Sequence record: SRR22947725_833
DNA length: 64,000 nt
Reading direction: 5' to 3' (one strand)
In this document: positions 31,174 through 42,639 of the stretch, piece after piece
How positions within the stretch are numbered: position 1 is the first letter of the stretch
Layout: each line of letters begins with the position of its first letter
The notes under the pieces: generated by a model
Databases searched by the model: none
The model's input: the letters and a program-made list of their open reading frames with translations, nothing else
What the model was told of the DNA's origin: nothing
Translations under genes and position numbers: made by a program

Positions 31174-33008
31174 TGGCTCGAAGAAAGACAATATACGTAG
31201 ATTCAGACATTCTGGTTGTAGGTGGTGGATTTGGTGGTTGTGGAGCAGCATACGAGTCAAGATATTGGGGTCGTGACAAAAAAGTTGTTGTTGTTGAAAA
31301 AGCAAATATCGAACGGAGCGGTGCCGTTGCACAAGGGCTTTATGCGATTAACTGCTACATGGGTATGCAGTGGGGTGAAAACACTCCAGAAGATTACGTC
31401 CGTTATCAACGTAACGACCTAATGGGTTTAGTTCGTGAGGATCTTGGTTACGACATCGGTCGACATGTTGATTCAACAGTACATATGTTTGAAGAATGGG
31501 GTTTGCCAATCATGACGGACCCAGAAACTGGTCGCTATCAAAGAGAAGGTAAGTGGCAAATCATGATACATGGTGAAAGCTACAAACCTATCGTCGCTGA
31601 GGCTGCCCGCAAAGCAGCAACAGAAGTCTATAATCGTATAATGGTTACACATTTACTTATGGACAAGAAAAAGAAAAACCGAGTTGCAGGAGCAGTTGGC
31701 TTTAACGTGCGTACAGGGGATTTTTATGTATTTAGATCTAAAGCAGTAATTATAGCAGCTGGTGGAGCGTCCCATATCTTTAAACCTCACTCAGCAGGAG
31801 AAGGCATGGGTAGGACATGGTATGCGCCATGGAGTAGTGCATCCGCGTACGCATTGCCCATCTTAACTGGGGCAAAAATGACTCAAATGGAAAACCGAAT
31901 TGTGTTAACACGGTTTAAAGACGGTTATGGTCCCGTAGGAGCATACTTTCTTCACTTGAAAACAACTACAGAAAATGCCTATGGGGAAGCTTATGAGGCA
32001 AAATGGCGGTCTTCAATTGAAGATATGGTAGGAGATTATGTAAATCATGAACCTACCCCTACTTGTCTACGAAACCACGCATTCTTAAAGGAAGTGGAGG
32101 CTGGAAGAGGACCGATCAGGATGGTAACGAAGGAGGCCTTTAAGGATCCCCATAAAGAAGTAATTGGTTGGGAAAATTTCTTAGGTATGACAATTGGCCA
32201 AGCGGTTGTATGGGCAGCAAACAATATTGACCCCAAAGAAACAAACCCTGAGCTGGTAATGTCTGAACCATACGTTATGGGATCTCACGCCACATGTTCT
32301 GGAGCTTGGGCGAGTGGCCCAGAAGATTATGCTCCAGATGAATACCAGTGGGGATATAATAGAATGATGACTGTTGATGGACTATTTGGAGCAGGTGATA
32401 CCCTTGGAGGGACACCCCATAAGTTTTCTTCAGGCTCCTTTACTGAAGGACGAATAGCAGGGAAGGCCGCAAATAAATACATAAATGATTTAGGCACAGA
32501 TCAACCAGAAGTCAGTGAGCAGGAATATGAAACTCTAAAGCAAATTATATATCAGCCTCTAGAAACTTATCGTGTTGGTCGTAATGAAATAACTGCAGGT
32601 ACAGTGTCACCAAGCTATTTGCTACCGCTTTCAGGTTTACAGAGGCTCGAAAAAATTATGGATGAATATGTTGGTGGTGCTGGCACACGATATATGACTA
32701 ATGAGCCAATGCTTACACGAGGTTTAGAACTTCTAAAAATGCTTAAAGAGGATTTAGCGTTCTTGGGAGCAGATAGTCTTCATCAACTCCAGAGATCTTG
32801 GGAGCTCCATCACAGGGTAATCGCGTCTGAATGTGTAACTCATCACACAATGTATAGAAAAGAGACGCGTTGGCCAGGATACTATTATCGTGGTGATCAT
32901 CCGCAACTTGATGATAAAGACTGGCATTGCTTCACTTTATCTAGCTACAATCAGGAGGCCGACGAATATTCTATGGAGAGCGCACCAGTGCATCATATTG
33001 TAGACTAA
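31173..33008 (+). CDS. aprA: Adenylylsulfate reductase alpha subunit (FAD)
   Basis: RSGAVAQGL.AINCY, WQIMIHGESYK, RFKDGYGPVGA, HKFSSGS, ETRWPGYY. TAATG overlap with aprB. Confidence 0.97.
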   Translation: MARRKTIYVDSDILVVGGGFGGCGAAYESRYWGRDKKVVVVEKANIERSGAVAQGLYAINCYMGMQWGENTPEDYVRYQRNDLMGLVREDLGYDIGRHVDSTVHMFEEWGLPIMTDPETGRYQREGKWQIMIHGESYKPIVAEAARKAATEVYNRIMVTHLLMDKKKKNRVAGAVGFNVRTGDFYVFRSKAVIIAAGGASHIFKPHSAGEGMGRTWYAPWSSASAYALPILTGAKMTQMENRIVLTRFKDGYGPVGAYFLHLKTTTENAYGEAYEAKWRSSIEDMVGDYVNHEPTPTCLRNHAFLKEVEAGRGPIRMVTKEAFKDPHKEVIGWENFLGMTIGQAVVWAANNIDPKETNPELVMSEPYVMGSHATCSGAWASGPEDYAPDEYQWGYNRMMTVDGLFGAGDTLGGTPHKFSSGSFTEGRIAGKAANKYINDLGTDQPEVSEQEYETLKQIIYQPLETYRVGRNEITAGTVSPSYLLPLSGLQRLEKIMDEYVGGAGTRYMTNEPMLTRGLELLKMLKEDLAFLGADSLHQLQRSWELHHRVIASECVTHHTMYRKETRWPGYYYRGDHPQLDDKDWHCFTLSSYNQEADEYSMESAPVHHIVD

Positions 33009-33018
33009 GGTACAATAA

Positions 33019-33780
33019 ATGTTGGTAGCACATATTTCCGACACACATATTATGGCACCAAAAGAACCTAACGAACGGTCACTAGAACGTATAAATTTCT
33101 TTCAGAGATGCGTAGACGATATTAATTCTTTAGGAACTATCCCAGATGTTGTTATACATACGGGTGACTTAACTGATAATGGTTTGCCGCGCGAATATAT
33201 TGTAGCTAAAGATATTTTAAAGAGCTTAAATGTCCCCTTTTTTCTAACACCAGGGAATCGAGATGGGAGCATGAGTATGATGGATTCTTGCGCTGAGGAT
33301 CTTAATATTTCTAAAAACCATGATTCTATGGTTTATGCAGTTAATGAGTTTTCAATTCGACTCATCTCCGTAGACACATCATCAACTCGAGGACCAAAAG
33401 GGGACTTAAGCACAAAGAAATTACAAAAATTAAAGAACCTCTTAAACGATTACCGAGATCAACCTACACTTCTGTTTATGCATCATCCCCCATTTAGTAT
33501 CTCATTAGGGGACAGTTCATATTTTGAATATGATCAACCAGATTCCATAAGGAAGTTCTGCAATCTTATACAAAATTACAAACAGGTAATAGGTATTTTT
33601 TGTGGACATATTCATAGAACTTATAACACTACGCTTGGCAATATTGAAGCTAACGTCATGCCTTCAATAGCGTTAGATTTGTCACAAGAAAGAATTACTA
33701 ACAAAGTACACTTACCTGTATATCACCTTCATAAGTTTTATGATGGGCTTAGATATGAAACTGAAATACGAAACACATAG
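33019..33780 (+). CDS. Calcineurin-like metallophosphoesterase (CpdA/GpdQ-like)
   Basis: HISDTH, TGDL, PGNRD (variant of GNHD), MHHPP, CGHIH. Confidence 0.85.
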   Translation: MLVAHISDTHIMAPKEPNERSLERINFFQRCVDDINSLGTIPDVVIHTGDLTDNGLPREYIVAKDILKSLNVPFFLTPGNRDGSMSMMDSCAEDLNISKNHDSMVYAVNEFSIRLISVDTSSTRGPKGDLSTKKLQKLKNLLNDYRDQPTLLFMHHPPFSISLGDSSYFEYDQPDSIRKFCNLIQNYKQVIGIFCGHIHRTYNTTLGNIEANVMPSIALDLSQERITNKVHLPVYHLHKFYDGLRYETEIRNT

Positions 33781-33822
33781 CTTTTTAACTAACCAAACAT
33801 CTCTCTTAAAAGGAAATTGAAC

Positions 33823-34173
33823 ATGCAGGAAACAGAGGAAGTAATTTTTAACACAATAAAAGATAATGGTGGGAATCGTTTAACACACTGTAGTATGGAG
33901 GATCATCCAGATATTGCTCTTGCAATTATGGGAGAAGACTTACCGCCTAACTATGTTGGTCCTCCTGATTTATTAGGAAAATTTAATGTAGAAATTCCTT
34001 CTGAGGCTGGAGAGATTGGTATTACTATCTGGTTTTCCACTCAAGAAGATAATGATAAAATGTCTATGATAATTCAAAAATTTATCGAATGGAGATTTCC
34101 AAAACTAGTTATTACTAAAGATACCACTATGGGTGTCTATGAACCTGGAAAACTTACAGTTAAAGTAGATTAA
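33823..34173 (+). CDS. Hypothetical protein (116 aa)
   Basis: Open frame with AAGGA upstream, co-directional with the apr operon. No motif recognised. Confidence 0.6.
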   Translation: MQETEEVIFNTIKDNGGNRLTHCSMEDHPDIALAIMGEDLPPNYVGPPDLLGKFNVEIPSEAGEIGITIWFSTQEDNDKMSMIIQKFIEWRFPKLVITKDTTMGVYEPGKLTVKVD

Positions 34174-34181
34174 GCTAAAAG

Positions 34182-34799
34182 TTAATCCGTATCAATTAAA
34201 CCAGCACCAGCTCCAAAACGGCGTGATATTTCGGAGGACGGAACATAGGTTTTTTTTGCAAGTATATCTAAGGCATCTATAACAAGGTCAGGAACAAGCT
34301 TCGGATCACCCAAATTAGATAAAACCTTCGTATTAGAGTGGCTGATTACTATTGAACTATCTATTATCTTGAATGAAAAAAAACACTTATATCTATTTTG
34401 AGCGTTAATAAGAAGAGGAAGGACTAATCTGTTCCATGGCATATCTCGTAAAACTACTGTTTGTACCCCACTGATTAGAGCATCAATAGCCATCGGTCCG
34501 CTAATAATAAACTTGGCCCGATTAATTGTGAGTATTTTATTATCCAAGCTTATTACAGGTTCATCCAAGGTATCGTATAAGGCTCCAACAAAAAAGCCCA
34601 TCCAAACCTGATCTGACATAAGTACTGATGCCAGTGAGGCCATTTCAAATGCGTGTCCGTTAGGTAAACCTCTCCCTCGACAAGCCTTAGAAATCAATGT
34701 GCTGACTTCATTCACAGAGTAGGATTTAACTGGCCATGTTCCCTCTTGATCAAGAAAGGTTTTCATCCAGTTTGTAATATACTTAGTATTTTTTTTCAT
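34182..34799 (-). CDS. DUF3726-like protein
   Basis: S.NEV.....KA.RG.GLP.G.A N-terminal motif and C-terminal TYVPSSE.SRR.GAGAGLIDTD. ATG at 34799 overlaps the upstream stop (ATGA). Confidence 0.75.
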   Translation of the reverse strand: MKKNTKYITNWMKTFLDQEGTWPVKSYSVNEVSTLISKACRGRGLPNGHAFEMASLASVLMSDQVWMGFFVGALYDTLDEPVISLDNKILTINRAKFIISGPMAIDALISGVQTVVLRDMPWNRLVLPLLINAQNRYKCFFSFKIIDSSIVISHSNTKVLSNLGDPKLVPDLVIDALDILAKKTYVPSSEISRRFGAGAGLIDTD

Positions 34800-36439
34800 G
34801 AAGAAAATACAGGAAGCCACCAATCATCTCGTCCATCGAGTTCATCAAATAGAGGAGCTCCCTGAGCTAAAGTAATACGCACCCAGCGGTCAGATTTAGG
34901 GTCAAATTTAGCAGCTCCAAAATATGACAATTTGCACCGTAACATATCTATAGGACGACAACTTTCACTAATCATATTATCTTGAATTTCAGAGTAAGGA
35001 TAAGAAGCCATTACCTGTACCCTGCGGAGTACAGACCGGTGTTCAGGGAAATGCCTTAAAAACTCAGCTACGTTCGTAAAGTCCTCTGTTAAGTCTAGTC
35101 GCAATTTCTCTATCTGGCGAGCAATATCTAATGGGTTTTCCAACTCACTCCCTGGCTCTTCATATCTTAGACCCAGTCTAGGCTCCAATTTTTCCTCACT
35201 CACATACCAAAATTGTGCTGTTTCCTTCTTGGACTTAAAATCAAATTTAAGCGACCAGTGCCAATCTTTTTGAATAAATTCTCTAAGCTCACTGATGTCC
35301 ATGATAGGGTTTAAGGGCATAGAACCGTCTGAGTCCATACAACATGTCAAACCATCAACTAAATCTCCAAATGGTTCTATAACAAAGGCTATCACAAGCT
35401 CTTGGCAATCAAGACTAAATTTTTTGGAAAAATTAACCAGTGTATTGATCGGTTTTTCTTTAACCATTAGACAACGTAAGTTCTTACTTATCTCTACCCA
35501 TTCAGTTCTTAAAAGGCTGATGCGAAGTTGGTACTCTTCATCAGAGACCTCCCAATCATTTAAATGATTTACGACCCTATCAGCTAACTCTAAAAATTGG
35601 TTCTGTTGACGTTGTGACAAACTAGGTATTGCTCTAACTCTTGCTAGCCCAGTTTCTCGAGCCATCATCCAGTTACTCAATAACTCAGGATGAGTAACTA
35701 AAAATGGGGCCATTCCCAATCCCGTAGCATTCCCGACCCCTAAGTATGTTTTAATATTTTTATCAAGTTTGGAACCTCCCAAATGTTCTACAAGGTCATG
35801 GGTAAACCCCCTAATCATCCAAACTGTAAGCATTTCTGCCATAAAAGGACCTGAAAGAATATCCCGATTCATTAATATCTTTCTGTCAGCGATGCCAAAT
35901 TTTCCATTGCCATAAACTGCAGTCGTACGCATTAGATAACCAATGTCTTTTATCATCTTGGTATCTGGCTGTTTACCATTTTTTAAGGCTTCAACAACAT
36001 GGGCAAATAACCTTAGTGACTTATTTGCTCTACTCAAAACTAACTCTTTAGCACTAAACCGCCCAACTTCCTGCCGAGGAACACTTTTTTGCAAACGATT
36101 GATTTCGGTAATATCAGGTACTCCATCGTATAGCACGTAGGATGAGTCCCAAGCAGTAGCTATTACCCGATCTGTTCTATCACTTGGATCTAGATCATTG
36201 GTAAAGGCGACAAGTGAGTACTCTTGATCACCAATCTTAATTGTATACACGGCATGGCCGAACCCAGTATCATCTATCTCCCAAACCGGTCTCGAAATAA
36301 CTGCCTGTTTTTGAGAAAGATTTCTAAGTAGTGTTCTCATAAATGACATGCGGGTTGGAAACATCGCCCCCAACCTATTAAGCTTCATTACTGTCTTTGG
36401 TTCTCTAAGGGGTATTCCACTCATAAAGATTTTATTCAT
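34796..36439 (-). CDS. Soluble hypothetical protein (547 aa)
   Basis: ATG at 36439 overlaps the end of the dipeptidase-like gene. Enzyme-like blocks RTDRVIA.AWD, GYLMRTTAVYGNGKFG, LGVGNATGLGMAPFL, WYVSEEKLEPRLG, FDPKSDRWVR. Confidence 0.85.
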   Translation of the reverse strand: MNKIFMSGIPLREPKTVMKLNRLGAMFPTRMSFMRTLLRNLSQKQAVISRPVWEIDDTGFGHAVYTIKIGDQEYSLVAFTNDLDPSDRTDRVIATAWDSSYVLYDGVPDITEINRLQKSVPRQEVGRFSAKELVLSRANKSLRLFAHVVEALKNGKQPDTKMIKDIGYLMRTTAVYGNGKFGIADRKILMNRDILSGPFMAEMLTVWMIRGFTHDLVEHLGGSKLDKNIKTYLGVGNATGLGMAPFLVTHPELLSNWMMARETGLARVRAIPSLSQRQQNQFLELADRVVNHLNDWEVSDEEYQLRISLLRTEWVEISKNLRCLMVKEKPINTLVNFSKKFSLDCQELVIAFVIEPFGDLVDGLTCCMDSDGSMPLNPIMDISELREFIQKDWHWSLKFDFKSKKETAQFWYVSEEKLEPRLGLRYEEPGSELENPLDIARQIEKLRLDLTEDFTNVAEFLRHFPEHRSVLRRVQVMASYPYSEIQDNMISESCRPIDMLRCKLSYFGAAKFDPKSDRWVRITLAQGAPLFDELDGRDDWWLPVFSS

Positions 36440-37415
36440 TTTTAAGCCCACCAAAAGAGTTTTTATAGAACTGTACCCAATTTTCACCCATTATACCATT
36501 TACTTCAGAAGGCGAAAACCCAGCATTCCTTAACCCATCGGCTATTTTACTAAAGTCTGTATTATCTCTAAACCAGCTAGGCTGAATTGGAAAACCTGGA
36601 TTCTCGGCTGAACCTTCTCCATAATCCATTTCTTTTGACCATCTACCAGTTCTCATCCAGGTCACTACACTATCTGGCTGATCTTGACACAAATCTGAAC
36701 CAATACCCAAACGATCTGAACCATATTTCAAGGCTGCTTCAGATATCATCTCACAAAAGTTTTTAAGAGAGCAATCAGTTCCATCCCTTAAGTGATGTGG
36801 ATATAATGAAAAACCGAGCATCCCATTCGATGATGTCAATTCAGACAAAACTTGATGAGATTTATTTCTCAACGCAGGATGCCAATAATGTGGGTTCGCA
36901 TGAGTGATTGCAATAGGTCTGTCAGAATACTGAATAGCTTCTAAAGTAGAACGTTCGGCAGAGTGGCTCATATCAATTACCATACCCAATCTATTCATTT
37001 CTTTTACTGCTTGAACTCCAAACCTAGTCAGACCAGGGTCCTCATCTTCATAACATCCTGTGGCTAATAAAGATTGATTATTATAACTTAATTGCATAAA
37101 CCGAACACCTAATTGATAAAAAACTTCCAAAAGACCAATATCATCTTCGATAGGGCTTGGGTTTTGAAAGCCAAAAAATATCGCTGTTTTTTTCAACTGA
37201 TGCGCCAGCACAATATCATCTGAAGTCTTTCCATTCATTATTAAATTAGGAAACCGTTCAAACCACGTATTCCATTGTTCAAGATTGAGGATCGTTTCTC
37301 TAAAATTTTCATGATAAGCTATCGTAACATGGACGGCATCAACGCCTCCCTTGTTCATTTCCAGAAAAATTTTTTCTGACCAGTTAGCATATTGAAGGTT
37401 ATCAACTATTATCAC
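36432..37415 (-). CDS. Membrane dipeptidase (peptidase M19) family amidohydrolase with atypical metal ligands
   Basis: LGVRFMQLSYN, EMNRLGMVIDMSHS, THAN, RNKS, GIGSD. GTG start with RBS GGGGA. Confidence 0.85.
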   Translation of the reverse strand: MIIVDNLQYANWSEKIFLEMNKGGVDAVHVTIAYHENFRETILNLEQWNTWFERFPNLIMNGKTSDDIVLAHQLKKTAIFFGFQNPSPIEDDIGLLEVFYQLGVRFMQLSYNNQSLLATGCYEDEDPGLTRFGVQAVKEMNRLGMVIDMSHSAERSTLEAIQYSDRPIAITHANPHYWHPALRNKSHQVLSELTSSNGMLGFSLYPHHLRDGTDCSLKNFCEMISEAALKYGSDRLGIGSDLCQDQPDSVVTWMRTGRWSKEMDYGEGSAENPGFPIQPSWFRDNTDFSKIADGLRNAGFSPSEVNGIMGENWVQFYKNSFGGLKNE

Positions 37416-37457
37416 CTTAACATCCCCTAAAAATCTTTTAATTTACAAGTTTTCATT

Positions 37458-38900
37458 TCAAAAATCTAGCGCAGTATATTTAGTATCTAAGTAATCTTCT
37501 AACCCCTGGCTACCCCCCTCTTTTCCTAAACCACTTTCTTTAACTCCCCCAAATGGCGCCTCTACCGTTGTAATCAAACCTGAATTAATACCAATCATTC
37601 CATACTCAAGTTTAGAGTTTAGCCTCATAATACGTCCAACATCACGAGTATAGGCGTAAGAGCATAGTCCAAAATTAGTATCATTTGCCATTTTAATGGC
37701 CTCATCTTCAGTTTCAAATTTAAATACTGGAGCTAAAGGCCCAAAGATTTCTTCTTTAGAAAACCTCATGGATTGGGTAGCGTCAGTAACTATTGTAGGC
37801 TCAAAAAATGTCTTGCCCTTTTCATGCCTTTTACCACCAAGAATAACTTTTGCACCTTTGCTAACAGCATCACTTAGAAGTTCCTCTACCTTTTCAACTG
37901 CAGGCATATCTATTAAGGGGCCCTGTTCAACCCCTTCTTCTCGTCCATCACCAACTTTCATTTTGGCTGTCATATCTTTAAACTTTGAAAGGAATTTTTC
38001 ATATACCCCAGCCTGCACATATATTCTATTAGCGCACACACATGTCTGACCAGAGTTTCTAAATTTAGATACCACTGCTCCCTCAACGGCCTTATCAATA
38101 TCCGCATCATTAAACACTATAAATGGTGCGTTACCACCTAACTCCATACTAACTTTTTTAACAGTATCAGCTGATTTCTTAATAAGCTCTTTGCCAACCT
38201 CGGTGGATCCAGTAAAAGTGACCTTCCTTACTAATGGACTACTCATAATTGCATTGCCAATCTCCCTAGCAGAGCCAGTTAAAATGTTAACAACACCCTT
38301 AGGAAACCCAACTTCCTCACATAAGGCACCCCAAGCTAAACCAGAGTATGGAGTGGCTGATGCTGGCTTAGCTACTACTGTGCAGCCCGCTGCCAGCGCA
38401 GGACCAAGTTTACGTGCTAACATCGAGGATGGGAAATTCCATGGCGTTATCATGCCAACCACTCCAACAGGATGTCTTGTCACAAGTATCCTGCGATCTG
38501 GAGCTGAAGCTGGGACTATCTCTCCCTTATTTCTTCTTATTTCCTCGGCGAACCAGCGGATATATGCTGCCCCAATAACTATTTCTCCAGTAGCTTCCGT
38601 CAAAGATTTCCCTTGCTCGATTGTAAGCAGCTCAGCTAAGGATTTCTGATTATCCAAAAGAGCATCGTGTAATTTCCATAACAATGCTACCCGTTCTAGT
38701 AATGGTTTAGTTGAGTAGCTTGGAAATGCAGCGGCAGCAGCAGCTATTGCTTTTTGTGTTTCATCATAACCACTTGCCGGAACAGAACCAATTATTTCAC
38801 CCGTAGCAGGGTTTAAAACATTAAAAGATTTTCTATTATCAGCATGTACCCAGTCACCATTAATTAAATTACTTTGCTTCATAAATTTTTGATAACCCAT
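37458..38900 (-). CDS. gabD: NAD(P)-dependent succinate-semialdehyde dehydrogenase
   Basis: ITPWNFP, FTGSTEVG, MELGGNAP, KFRNSGQTCVC, EEIFGP, PFGGVKESG. Confidence 0.88.
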   Translation of the reverse strand: MGYQKFMKQSNLINGDWVHADNRKSFNVLNPATGEIIGSVPASGYDETQKAIAAAAAAFPSYSTKPLLERVALLWKLHDALLDNQKSLAELLTIEQGKSLTEATGEIVIGAAYIRWFAEEIRRNKGEIVPASAPDRRILVTRHPVGVVGMITPWNFPSSMLARKLGPALAAGCTVVAKPASATPYSGLAWGALCEEVGFPKGVVNILTGSAREIGNAIMSSPLVRKVTFTGSTEVGKELIKKSADTVKKVSMELGGNAPFIVFNDADIDKAVEGAVVSKFRNSGQTCVCANRIYVQAGVYEKFLSKFKDMTAKMKVGDGREEGVEQGPLIDMPAVEKVEELLSDAVSKGAKVILGGKRHEKGKTFFEPTIVTDATQSMRFSKEEIFGPLAPVFKFETEDEAIKMANDTNFGLCSYAYTRDVGRIMRLNSKLEYGMIGINSGLITTVEAPFGGVKESGLGKEGGSQGLEDYLDTKYTALDF

Positions 38901-38978
38901 TATCTTTTACCTTTCAAAAATCTTAAAATAATAAAGCCATGCCTTAATTTACTGACTCACACTAATCGATAAAAACTG

Positions 38979-41402
<2,424 letters not shown>

Positions 41403-41420
41403 TTATTTTGATTAAGACTA

Positions 41421-41449
41421 AATATAGCATTTTTTTGGCTGAATGTCAC
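41421..41449 (-). promoter_or_regulatory. Putative sigma70 promoter of gyrB
   Basis: Minus strand GTGACA-N17-TATATT, with the -10 ending 27 nt before the ATG. Confidence 0.55.
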
Positions 41450-41469
41450 GCAATTGCACAAGCCATTGT

Positions 41470-41504
41470 ATGATTATTTAACTAAATTTTGACTAAATAA
41501 TCAT
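41470..41504. repeat. AT-rich inverted repeat between recF and gyrB
   Basis: ATGATTATTTA (41470-41480) and TAAATAATCAT (41494-41504): perfect 11-bp arms with a 13-nt spacer. Confidence 0.75.
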
Positions 41505-41523
41505 CATATTTTTTTAAAAAAAT

Positions 41524-42630
41524 TTACTGGATTAGAACGGAAGATTTCCCATTCTTATCAATAACCTTAAACTGTTGGGAAATATTTAAAATTTCCTTGA
41601 ATAAATCTACATCTGTCCCCGTCATCCAGGCTTGAGCACCTAAAGAAGAAATCTCTTCATATAAATCCTGCCTCCGTTTATAATCTAGATGAGCAGACAC
41701 TTCATCCAAAAGCATAATAGGTGGAACGCCCTCTTCCCGAAGCAAACCTCTAGCATTTGCCAAAATCAAAGAGATTAAAAGAGCTTTTTGCTCTCCAGTT
41801 GAACAGTACTTCGCATCAATTCCTTTTTCTTTGTACTGAACCTTAAGATCCGTTTTATGAGGGCCAACAGATGTTCGCCCTAAATATAAGTCTTCTGACC
41901 TCTTAATCTCTAAAACTTCTCTGAACTGATCGGCTGAAAAAATATTTAAATCTTTTTCTTCATTTATTAATGATAGATCTGCAACTGGGAAAGAAGTTTG
42001 TGAGCTTTTCATTGAAAGACTTAGTTTTGTTAAAGCAGTATTCCTATTTTTAATAATTTCTGCACCGGCAATAGCCATCTGATTTTCGATAGCACGGTAC
42101 CAATCCGAGTTTCGACTTGCCTCTTTAAGAAGCCTATTACGTTCTCTCATAGCTTTTTCATAACTTAGGATTTCTTGTGCGTGACGTGGGATAAAGGAGT
42201 GCGTAATGCGATCGACAAAACGTCGCCGAACTTCTGGCCCATCAACCCACAACCTATCCATACTCGGGGCTAACCAGATAATTTTCACTAATTCACCTAA
42301 AGCTACCTGGGAAGTAGGCTTATCATCAATAAATATAAGTCTATTTAAGTTCGGCCCAGTTCTTGTTTCAATCTTATGTGTCAAGTTACCAATTTTTAAA
42401 ACAGCTGAAATTTTCCAACCTATTTCTTCTGGGTATCTAACCATCTCTGCAACTTTAGATCGCCTCATACCTCTACCGGGCGACAGCAATGATATCGCCT
42501 CTAATATATTGGTTTTTCCAGCACCATTTAATCCAAAAATAGCTACAGAGCGCCCATCTAAATTTATCCGAGTATCTAAATGGGACCTAAAGTGCGAGAG
42601 CGACAGCTCAGATAGTGCAGAAACTGACAT
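41524..42630 (-). CDS. recF: DNA replication/repair protein RecF
   Basis: FRSH, GLNGAGKTN.LEA, GPHKTD, STGEQK, LLDEV.AHLD. Confidence 0.97.
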   Translation of the reverse strand: MSVSALSELSLSHFRSHLDTRINLDGRSVAIFGLNGAGKTNILEAISLLSPGRGMRRSKVAEMVRYPEEIGWKISAVLKIGNLTHKIETRTGPNLNRLIFIDDKPTSQVALGELVKIIWLAPSMDRLWVDGPEVRRRFVDRITHSFIPRHAQEILSYEKAMRERNRLLKEASRNSDWYRAIENQMAIAGAEIIKNRNTALTKLSLSMKSSQTSFPVADLSLINEEKDLNIFSADQFREVLEIKRSEDLYLGRTSVGPHKTDLKVQYKEKGIDAKYCSTGEQKALLISLILANARGLLREEGVPPIMLLDEVSAHLDYKRRQDLYEEISSLGAQAWMTGTDVDLFKEILNISQQFKVIDKNGKSSVLIQ

Positions 42631-42639
42631 ACATCACTT

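Noticed and set aside
28653-33008. Dissimilatory sulfate reduction
   Set aside because: The AprM anchor and the absence of qmo/dsr genes in an aerobic ubiquinone-making alphaproteobacterium indicate the oxidative direction.
37696-38649. 117-aa and 152-aa plus-strand ORFs inside gabD, plus 42206-42754 and 59843-60322
   Set aside because: Antisense frames mirroring real genes, with no independent coding signal.
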